Positions 8,588 to 15,746 of a DNA stretch of 20,165 nt are shown here, piece after piece (positions within the stretch are counted from its first letter, which is position 1; every line of letters begins with the position of its first letter). The stretch comes from Candidatus Iainarchaeum sp. (GTDB taxonomy: Archaea > Iainarchaeota > Iainarchaeia > JAGGVJ01): NCBI GenBank assembly GCA_021158055.1, contig JAGGVJ010000020.1, forward strand, positions 1-20,165. Direction: 5' to 3'. Under the pieces are notes generated by a model. It saw nothing but the letters and a program-made list of their open reading frames with translations. It ran no database searches and was not told where the DNA came from. A program made the position numbers and the translations under genes.

Positions 8588-9163
8588 ATGATGGCAAATA
8601 TGGCTACAAAACTAACAGCTATTTTTATGGTTTTCGTGCTGGCACTGTCAGGATGCATATATCCCACGGCAGACACCGGCGATGAAATACCCGAAGGGTT
8701 TGTTAAGGTGCCCGGCACGGCAGACTGCCAAAAACTCACCGGAAACAATGAAGAATGCTACTACAAAGCAGCGCTGTGGGAAAACAACCCTGAAAGCTGC
8801 GGCAAGGCAGGTCCATTAAAAGACCGGTGCTTCAGGGAACTTGCCCTGATGGAATTTGACAGCGAATTATGCAAACTGGCCGGAACCCAGGAAGGCCAAT
8901 GCATGTACGAGTTTGCAATGCTTGAAATTGACGAAACCTTGTGCGAAAAAGCAAAAGACCAAAAAGCCCTGTGCTACCACCAGCTTGCACTCCTTACACT
9001 AAATCCTGAATTATGCAAAAAAACAGACACGCAGTTTCAGAAAAACCTGTGCACAGAAGAAGTTGAATTTGAAATCTACTTAAAGGAAAAAAAACTTCTG
9101 GAAAAACAAGAACTGGATGAAGAACTCGAAAAACTCCTTGGAGAAAGTGAAACAACAGAATAA
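8588..9163 (+). CDS. Putative lipoprotein with 24-aa cysteine-paired helical repeats
   Basis: Hydrophobic signal ending in LSGC lipobox; ten further Cys with alternating 9/13-residue spacing; acidic/charged C-terminus. Confidence 0.75.
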   Translation: MMANMATKLTAIFMVFVLALSGCIYPTADTGDEIPEGFVKVPGTADCQKLTGNNEECYYKAALWENNPESCGKAGPLKDRCFRELALMEFDSELCKLAGTQEGQCMYEFAMLEIDETLCEKAKDQKALCYHQLALLTLNPELCKKTDTQFQKNLCTEEVEFEIYLKEKKLLEKQELDEELEKLLGESETTE

Positions 9164-9235
9164 AACAAGACAAACAGCCCCCCCAGAGCATTCAAATCAA
9201 GGCAAAAACAAGCCGACAAACAGGAAAGTGAAAAA

Positions 9236-9769
9236 ATGAAAGAAATACGAATACACGGCCGCGGAGGCCAGGGCGCGGTAACCGCAGCCGAACTTCTTGC
9301 GGTTGCGGCATTTCTTGAAGGAAAATGGTGCCAGGCATTCCCCCACTTCGGAGTGGAACGAAGGGGAGCACCAGTAGCCGCATTCACAAGAATAGACAGC
9401 GAGCAAATCAGGTTGCACCAGCAGGTCTACAACCCCGACTACGTCATTGTCCTGGACGCAAGCCTCACCAAATCAGTCAATGTTGCAGAAGGGCTCAAGG
9501 AAAACGGGCTGATCATCATCAACTCTTCAAAAACCCCGAAACAACTCGGGCTTGAAAACAATACCGTCACAGTCGACGCAACAAAAATCGCGGTAAAAGA
9601 AATAGGCAAGCCCATAACAAACACCACCATGCTCGGGGCGTTTGCAGGCGCAACAAAAGAAATTGACGTGGAAAGCCTTGTTTCCGCAATAAAAGAACGG
9701 TTCCCTGAAAAACTCGCCAAGGCAAACGAAGCAGCGATAAGAGCCGCGTTCAGCGAGGTGAGCAAATGA
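9236..9769 (+). CDS. porC: Pyruvate/2-oxoacid:ferredoxin oxidoreductase gamma subunit (porC/porG)
   Basis: [31 protein letters not shown] motifs. Confidence 0.96.
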   Translation: MKEIRIHGRGGQGAVTAAELLAVAAFLEGKWCQAFPHFGVERRGAPVAAFTRIDSEQIRLHQQVYNPDYVIVLDASLTKSVNVAEGLKENGLIIINSSKTPKQLGLENNTVTVDATKIAVKEIGKPITNTTMLGAFAGATKEIDVESLVSAIKERFPEKLAKANEAAIRAAFSEVSK

Positions 9770-10029
9770 AAGTAAGCATTGCGGGAATAATCAGCGAACC
9801 CGGAAACTCAACCGAAAACAAGACCGGGGACTGGAGGACATTCAGACCCGTCGTGGACCTGAAAAAATGCAAAAAATGCGGAATATGCGCAAAATTCTGC
9901 CCTGACTCGGCCATAACCGTCTCAAAAGAAAAAGGCGCGGAAATTGACTACGATTACTGCAAAGGGTGCATGATATGCATGCACGAATGCCCGTTCAACG
10001 CAATAACACAGGAAGACGAGGAAAAATAA
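9766..10029 (+). CDS. porD: Pyruvate/2-oxoacid:ferredoxin oxidoreductase delta subunit (2x[4Fe-4S])
   Basis: [10 protein letters not shown]; [12 protein letters not shown] and [12 protein letters not shown]; ATGA overlap with porC and a GAGGTGA RBS. Confidence 0.96.
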   Translation: MKVSIAGIISEPGNSTENKTGDWRTFRPVVDLKKCKKCGICAKFCPDSAITVSKEKGAEIDYDYCKGCMICMHECPFNAITQEDEEK

Positions 10030-10114
10030 CCCCTTGCGCGCAAAAAGCAGGCAGATAATACAGGGCAGAAAAGAACAGAAAAAAATTTCAGATTTAGAAA
10101 GGAGAAGTGGTTTT

Positions 10115-11284
10115 TTGAAAAAAATAATCAACGGTTCAAAAGCAGTCGCAGAAGCCGTTAAATTGTGCAGGCCAAAAGTGCTGCCAATGTACCCTGTCAC
10201 CCCCTCAACCCACATACCCGAAGCCCTCACCCAAATGAAGGCAGACGGAGAGCTTGAAGGGACACCCATAACCGTTGAAAGCGAATTCTCGGCTATTTCA
10301 GCATGCATCGGCGCAAGCGCAACCGGGGTCCGGACATTTACCGCTACGTCATCCCAGGGGCTTGCCCTCATGCACGAGGTTTTGCACACAACATCAGGGA
10401 TGCGCCTCCCGGTAGTGATCGCTGTTGCCAACAGGGCATTAAGCGCACCCATAAACATCTGGAACGACTGGCAGGACTCGATCTCGCAACGGGACACCGG
10501 GTGGATCCAGCTTTACTGCGAAAGCAACCAGGAAGCACTTGACACAATGATCCAGGCATACAAAATCGCAGAAGACAAACGCGTGCTTCTCCCGGTCATG
10601 GTCTGCATGGACGGGTTTTACATCACTCACGCAACAGAACCGGTTGACATACCTGAACAGGAAACAGTTGACTCTTTCCTGCCCGAGTACAAACCGGAAC
10701 ACGCCTACCTTGACACAGAAAAACCGATTACTCAGGGCCCGTTCAGCGGGCCTGACTCTTTCATCCAGATAAAATTCGAGCAAAGCACTGCAACAGACCG
10801 CTCGCTTGAAGTGATAAAAGAAGTCGCAAAAGAATTCGGGGAAAAATTCGGCAGGCACTACCCTGTTGTTGAAACCTACAAGACAAAAGACGCAGACAAA
10901 GTGATCCTGACAATGGGAACGCTTGCCGGAACCGCAAAAGACGCGGTTGACGAAATGCGGGAAGAAGGAAAAAAAGTCGGGCTTGTGAAACTCAAGGCAT
11001 TCAGGCCGCTTGCAAAAAAAGAACTGATTGAAGCTTTGTCAAACGCAAGCGAAGTAAGCGTCATTGAAAAAAACATTTCTTTGGGGACAAACTCTGGAGC
11101 GGTCTTCACAGAGCTCAGGAGCCTGCTTTACGGGACAGACCCCATCCCGAAAACCGTCAACTACATTGTCGGAATCGGGGGCAGGGATGTTCCGAAAATC
11201 GACCTGAAAGCCGCTGTAAAAAACACTTCGGGCTGCGGTGACGGGGAAATTTTCTGGGTCGGGGTTGAAGAGGTGGTCAGATGA
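10115..11284 (+). CDS. porA: Pyruvate/2-oxoacid:ferredoxin oxidoreductase alpha subunit
   Basis: YPVTPST, VESEFSA, TATSSQGL, ANRALSAPINI, DGFYITH motifs. TTG 10115 (after AGGAGAAGTGG) fits the family N-terminus better than the track's 10034. Confidence 0.95.
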   Translation: MKKIINGSKAVAEAVKLCRPKVLPMYPVTPSTHIPEALTQMKADGELEGTPITVESEFSAISACIGASATGVRTFTATSSQGLALMHEVLHTTSGMRLPVVIAVANRALSAPINIWNDWQDSISQRDTGWIQLYCESNQEALDTMIQAYKIAEDKRVLLPVMVCMDGFYITHATEPVDIPEQETVDSFLPEYKPEHAYLDTEKPITQGPFSGPDSFIQIKFEQSTATDRSLEVIKEVAKEFGEKFGRHYPVVETYKTKDADKVILTMGTLAGTAKDAVDEMREEGKKVGLVKLKAFRPLAKKELIEALSNASEVSVIEKNISLGTNSGAVFTELRSLLYGTDPIPKTVNYIVGIGGRDVPKIDLKAAVKNTSGCGDGEIFWVGVEEVVR

Positions 11285-12171
11285 AGGAATTTTACGCGCC
11301 GGGACACAGGACTTGCGCGGGATGCGGGCCGGCTGTCGCAGTCAGGCACATTTTGGACGCTTTCGGCAAAAACACGATAATAACCAATTCAACAGGGTGC
11401 ATTGAAGTCACGGGCTCGCCTTACCCGCAGACATCCTGGAGACTGCCCTACCTTCACGCAAACTTCGAGAACGCTCCAAGCATTGCCTGCGGCGTGGTTG
11501 AAGCCCTCAGGCAGCAGGGAAAAGAAGACGTCAAAGTATTGTCTCTGGGTGGAGACGGAGGAACCGTGGACATAGGCTTTGGTGCATTGAGCGGTGCGTT
11601 TGAAAGGCGGCACAACTTCACTTACATCTGCTACGACAACGAATCCTATGCAAACACAGGAGTTCAATGCTCGGGCTCAACTCCTTTTGCGGCGTGGAGC
11701 AGCACTTCCCCTGTCGGAAAAGTCAAGCAGGGAAAAGACCGCTGGAAAAAAAACACGGCGTTCATCATGGCCATGCACGGCGCAGACTACGTCGCCACCG
11801 CTTCCATTGCAGACCCTGACGACCTGAAAAAAAAGATCAAAAAAGGCCTTGAATACGACGGCTCGAAATACATTCACGTGCTCACCCCCTGCCCGATCGG
11901 CTGGAAATTTGACTCGCAAAAGACCATTGAATACGCGCGACTGGCAGTAAACAGCGGCATGTGGGCCTTGTTTGAAATAGACCAGGGTGAATTCCGAATA
12001 ACTGAAAAGCCAAAAGATTTGGGTAACATAGGGGAATACATAAAAGGACAGGGCAGGTTCAAACACGTCACTGCATCGCAGTTAAAGGAAATGCAGTCTC
12101 ACGTGAAAAAATCGTGGAAAGAGCTTGAAAAACTTGAAAAATCAGGACTCAACCTCAAGACAATGCTTTGA
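11281..12171 (+). CDS. porB: Pyruvate/2-oxoacid:ferredoxin oxidoreductase beta subunit (TPP-binding)
   Basis: GHRTCAGCG, TGC, GGDGG...YDNESYANTG, PCPIGW motifs; ATGA overlap with porA and a GAGGTGG RBS. Confidence 0.96.
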   Translation: MKEFYAPGHRTCAGCGPAVAVRHILDAFGKNTIITNSTGCIEVTGSPYPQTSWRLPYLHANFENAPSIACGVVEALRQQGKEDVKVLSLGGDGGTVDIGFGALSGAFERRHNFTYICYDNESYANTGVQCSGSTPFAAWSSTSPVGKVKQGKDRWKKNTAFIMAMHGADYVATASIADPDDLKKKIKKGLEYDGSKYIHVLTPCPIGWKFDSQKTIEYARLAVNSGMWALFEIDQGEFRITEKPKDLGNIGEYIKGQGRFKHVTASQLKEMQSHVKKSWKELEKLEKSGLNLKTML

Positions 12172-12243
12172 TTCGTTAACAATATCAAAACATTTAGAAG
12201 CACTGTCAACAAAAATACCAAAAACTCACCTCAATTATCTTAA

Positions 12244-12324
12244 TTACGAAAATCCGTAAGGATTTATGCCATTTTCTTACGGAAAAAGGTAAAGTTTATA
12301 TATTCACATCAACACTGAAGAGTT
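12244..12324 (+). promoter_or_regulatory. Promoter of ATPase gene 1: two imperfect palindromic boxes (33-bp period), TATA, TCACATCAAC, leaderless ATG
   Basis: TTACGAAAATCCGTAA at 12244 and TTACGGAAAAAGGTAA at 12277; TTTATATA at 12295; TCACATCAAC at 12304-12313; ATG at 12325. Confidence 0.7.
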
Positions 12325-13614
12325 ATGATTGAAAAAAACATTAAAAAAACCATACTTAAATATAAGGAATTAATCCCTGAAAACATTTTTCAGAGGGATT
12401 TAAAATTGCATGAAGTCAAATTTGACAAAGCTAATGTAATTGTCGGACCGAGGAGATCAGGAAAAACTTTTTTTTTATATAATCTGGCAAAAAAACAAAA
12501 AAATCCTGTATTGATTAATTTTGAGGATAATCTACTGGGTGAATTGAAAAGCTCTGATCTTAATAAAATATTGGATTGCTCTAAAGAACTATTTGAAAAA
12601 GAATCGTTATGTTTTTTTTTGGATGAAATACAAAATGTAAACGGTTGGGAAAAATTTGTCGTATCTTTGTTAAATGAACATTATCCTGTCTACATAACTG
12701 GTTCAAATTCAAAATTATTAAGCAGGGAAATAGCCACTTCATTAAGGGGAAAAGCATTGCCGTACCTGATGCTGCCATTATCTTTTAAGGAACATTTACG
12801 ATTCAAGGGCATTGTGCTCCAAAAAAATTATGAATATACTGATCAGGCATTTGTACTCAAACAACAGTTTAAAGACTATTTTAAATATGGCAGTTTTCCT
12901 GAGGTTTTGTTGTCTGATTCTTTATATCTAAAAAATAAGCTGTTGAATACTTATTTTGATTCAATTGTATACAAAGACCTGGTAGACCGGCTTAATCTAA
13001 AAAATATACGTCTGGTGGAAATAACCATAAAATATCTGCTTAATATTTATGGCAATATGTTTTCCATCTCTGTTTTTGAGAAATACCTAAAATCAAATAA
13101 GATCCCATATAGCCTGGAAGACATATACAATATCCTTAAAGCTTTACAGGATGTTTTCATGGTAAACTATGTCAAGGAATATTCAAAATCCTTCAAAAAA
13201 AGTGAAATATCCCGTTCTAAAGTTTATCTGTTTGATACAGGATACATTCATTTCTTATCCGGCGAACATGAGGATTACGGGCGAATCTTAGAAAATATTG
13301 TATTCATAGAATTATTCAGAAGACAAGACAATATTGAAAATAAAAATATTTTTTATTATAAATCAAAAAACAATAAAGAATGCGATTTTGTAATAACCAA
13401 TAGAGACAAGGTCTATGAAGCAATACAAGTCACATATGACTTTAATGAACTAAACCGTGAAAGAGAAATCAATGGCCTCTTAAGTGCAGTCCGTTTCTTC
13501 AATTTAAAAAAGGGATTAATCTTAACTTATGATCAGGACGATGAATTTCAGGCAAACGGTGTAGCGATAAAAGTGATGCCTGTTTGGAAATGGTCAATAA
13601 AATATACTTGTTAG
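12325..13614 (+). CDS. COG1373-type ATP-binding protein (AAA_14 + DUF4143; C-terminal restriction-endonuclease-like fold)
   Basis: Walker A GPRRSGKT, Walker B FFLDEIQN, TGSNS, GSFPE, KVYLFDTG, LENIVFIEL, ECDFVI...AIQV. Much more AT-rich than por (17/60 GC at 12481-12540 vs 38/60 at 11281-11340). Confidence 0.92.
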   Translation: MIEKNIKKTILKYKELIPENIFQRDLKLHEVKFDKANVIVGPRRSGKTFFLYNLAKKQKNPVLINFEDNLLGELKSSDLNKILDCSKELFEKESLCFFLDEIQNVNGWEKFVVSLLNEHYPVYITGSNSKLLSREIATSLRGKALPYLMLPLSFKEHLRFKGIVLQKNYEYTDQAFVLKQQFKDYFKYGSFPEVLLSDSLYLKNKLLNTYFDSIVYKDLVDRLNLKNIRLVEITIKYLLNIYGNMFSISVFEKYLKSNKIPYSLEDIYNILKALQDVFMVNYVKEYSKSFKKSEISRSKVYLFDTGYIHFLSGEHEDYGRILENIVFIELFRRQDNIENKNIFYYKSKNNKECDFVITNRDKVYEAIQVTYDFNELNREREINGLLSAVRFFNLKKGLILTYDQDDEFQANGVAIKVMPVWKWSIKYTC

Positions 13615-13735
13615 ATCTTTATCATAAAGACCTTCAATAGTCCTTGTTTTTGCATTTTTTTAATACGGTTGTATGTTTTGCGCCATACTCCACATCACTT
13701 CGTTCCTTGCCACGCTGCGCTTTCCTTTTATTCAC

Positions 13736-13798
13736 CTGGAACGACTGGCAGGACTCGATTTCGCAACGGGGGGAATCAATATAAAAACAATGCTTTGA
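13736..13798 (+). pseudogene. Fused relic of an internal porA fragment and a porB 3' end
   Basis: 13736-13770 matches 10459-10493 at 34/35 nt. 13772-13798 matches 12145-12171 at 22/27 nt (GINIKTML* vs GLNLKTML*). Confidence 0.85.
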
Positions 13799-13960
13799 CT
13801 CAACCCTAAAACACCGCTTACCAAAGTGAAAAAGCAAACGAACCGGGTAAAAATCCTGCTGAAGAAATGGAATTTGATGACTTTATTGACGGGATGAAAA
13901 AATGACAGGCGTAATTGCAGAAAACCAAGGCAAACATGCCGCCTAAATGCATATATGAAT

Positions 13961-14041
13961 TTATCGTTTATAATCGACAGAAATATCAAAACTTATCGTT
14001 TATAATCGACAGAAACATCAAAACTTATCGTTTATAATCGA
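13961..14041. repeat. 32-bp tandem repeat, 2.5 copies, with a near-palindromic core; homologous to the promoter repeat of ATPase gene 2
   Basis: TTATCGTTTATAATCGACAGAAAYATCAAAAC at 13961 and 13993, partial at 14025. Confidence 0.93.
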
Positions 14042-14122
14042 TGAACTGGGAAAATTTATCTATCATATCAGAAGGGGTTTTCAATACCTTTTCGTTGACG
14101 GCGCAGCCTTTCTCATCAAATT

Positions 14123-14202
14123 GCCTGTCAGCTTCCCCTGACGGGTGGGCCTTGAAACCCATTGCTTCGTGGTTTCGTATGGGTGCTGACACACACCCGT
14201 AC
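14123..14202 (+). other. Three adjacent stem-loops (candidate structured RNA or terminator cluster)
   Basis: Stems 14123-14131/14138-14146, 14154-14159/14171-14176 and 14177-14185/14194-14202. The non-Watson-Crick pairs within these stems are G-U on the plus strand. Confidence 0.45.
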
Positions 14203-14217
14203 AGCTTATGTGGGTGA

Positions 14218-15489
14218 TTATTCAAGCGCCCATAACCAAATGGGTTTCAATTCAATTGTCTTGCCATTGATTCTGATTATGTCTTCCTGATCCCCTGTGA
14301 GTATGAGTCCCGAGTCAAGCCCGTAAGCATCCATTGCATTCAGGAGCCCTTGAAACTCCCGTTTTTCATTTTTATGTTCTAATTCTTTTGTCACCTGTAT
14401 CGCAGAAATTATCGTGTTCTTGTCTTTTATCACAAAATCACATTCATTTTTTTCTAAATGATAGTATGTTTCTTTTCCGCGTCTGCAAAGTTCTATAAAA
14501 ACCATATTTTCAAGAAGCCTGCCTGAATTTTTTGAAAAACTGAAACCCACCGCCGTTGCAAGACCGGTATCTATGCAATATATCTTTTTTGAGCCCAACA
14601 TCTGCTTCTTTAATGAATATGAATATCTGCTCAACCCAAAAAACATGAAACTATTCTCAAAATAATCAAGATAATTTTTAATACTGCTTATGCTTTTTAT
14701 TCCGCTTATGTCTTTTAATGTATTATATGAATGAATCTTGCTTATATTGGATGCCAGAAAATTGCTGATTTTTTTCATTTCATTGACTTTTGTTATGGAA
14801 TGTCTTGCAATTATGTCCCTGTAAAATATGTCATTGTAATAATCTTTAAGCAACTCTTTATTTTTTTCTTTCAGGACTTGCGGGAATCCCCCCAAGGCGA
14901 TATACTCATTGAACCTGCGTTTAATTTTTGTTTTTTTTATTGTTGTAAGTTTTGAGATTTCAAATGTTTCATTGTTTAGTTTAAGATACTCCTTAAAGCT
15001 GAATGGGAACAATTCAAGAACCACATTTCTTCCCGTAAGTGATGTCGCAATTTCAGAACTGAGCAGGGTTGCATTAGATCCGGTAACAAATATCTTTATT
15101 CCTTTTTCATACATCCTGTTCAGGAATTTTTCCCAGCCAAAAGCATTTTGTATCTCATCAAAGAAAAAGACAATCTTATTTTGTTCGGGGTTGAATTCCT
15201 CAAGGAATATTGAAAAGATGTTATTGAAATCATCTGCGCTTAAATCTATGAATCGTTCATCATCAAAATTAAGGTATAATATATTATTTTTATCTGTTTT
15301 TTTAAGGATTTCATCTTTTATGATATACATTAATGATGATTTTCCGCACCGCCTTATTCCCGTGATGACAACAATCTGTTGCGTGTTTATGTATTTCTTA
15401 AGGCCTATATCTCTCTGCATCAATTCTTTTTTCTCAAAAAAAGATTCTCTTTGATCAAGCATTATTTCTTTTAGCCTGCTTTTTAACAT
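14218..15489 (-). CDS. COG1373-type ATP-binding protein (AAA_14 + DUF4143), second paralogue
   Basis: GIRRCGKS, FFFDEIQN, TGSNA, GGFP, KKIYCIDTG, LENMVFIEL, ECDFVI...AIQV. ATG 15489 is preferred because the track's ATG 15513 lies inside the TATA box, whereas 15489 is 29 nt downstream of it. Confidence 0.92.
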   Translation of the reverse strand: MLKSRLKEIMLDQRESFFEKKELMQRDIGLKKYINTQQIVVITGIRRCGKSSLMYIIKDEILKKTDKNNILYLNFDDERFIDLSADDFNNIFSIFLEEFNPEQNKIVFFFDEIQNAFGWEKFLNRMYEKGIKIFVTGSNATLLSSEIATSLTGRNVVLELFPFSFKEYLKLNNETFEISKLTTIKKTKIKRRFNEYIALGGFPQVLKEKNKELLKDYYNDIFYRDIIARHSITKVNEMKKISNFLASNISKIHSYNTLKDISGIKSISSIKNYLDYFENSFMFFGLSRYSYSLKKQMLGSKKIYCIDTGLATAVGFSFSKNSGRLLENMVFIELCRRGKETYYHLEKNECDFVIKDKNTIISAIQVTKELEHKNEKREFQGLLNAMDAYGLDSGLILTGDQEDIIRINGKTIELKPIWLWALE

Positions 15490-15571
15490 AATTATATCTG
15501 GTTGATGTGACATATAAACCTTTCGTTTGAAAAGAACGTTTTATATCAAAACCTTTCGTTTGAAAAGAACG
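15490..15571 (-). promoter_or_regulatory. Promoter of ATPase gene 2: perfect 23-bp direct repeat (33-bp period), TATA, TCACATCAAC
   Basis: AAACCTTTCGTTTGAAAAGAACG (plus strand) at 15516-15538 and 15549-15571, with core CGTT-N7-AACG. Minus-strand TTTATATG starts at 15518; TCACATCAAC at 15510-15501. Confidence 0.75.
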
Positions 15572-15667
15572 AAAACCTGATTTTTTTTCTCCGGAACATC
15601 AATATCTGAACCGCATCAATATCCGGACAGGTCTCAAGCCACACCATGCCCTCACGCACCGTAGAAA

Positions 15668-15711
15668 CAAAAAAAGACCAAACCCTGCTTTTGTCCCGCA
15701 AAAGCAAGGTT
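15668..15711 (-). terminator. Hairpin plus T-run terminator of the giant surface-protein gene
   Basis: Minus strand AACCTTGCTTTTG-CGGGA-CAAAAGCAGGGTT (13-bp stem, one G-U) followed by TGGTCTTTTTTT, 35 nt after the stop codon. Confidence 0.7.
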
Positions 15712-15746
15712 GCTGATTTTCTGCGGTTTGGCAATCTGCCCAACAA

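Noticed and set aside
13610-13616. Integron core site GTTAGAT (GTTRRRY) at the end of ATPase gene 1
   Set aside because: I found no suitably placed inverse core or attC-like hairpin, there is no integrase, and a 7-mer is expected by chance.
13612-13770. Read-through fusion of ATPase gene 1 (TAG stop) into the porA fragment
   Set aside because: The WNDWQ codons start at 13737, out of frame with codons continuing from 13615.
13961-14041. Mini-CRISPR array
   Set aside because: The sequence between the palindromic cores is itself repeated (one mismatch), so there are no variable spacers.
15596-15622. CATCAATATC repeated twice upstream of the gene-2 promoter
   Set aside because: Only 10 nt, with 17-bp spacing that does not match the operator period; likely slippage or chance.
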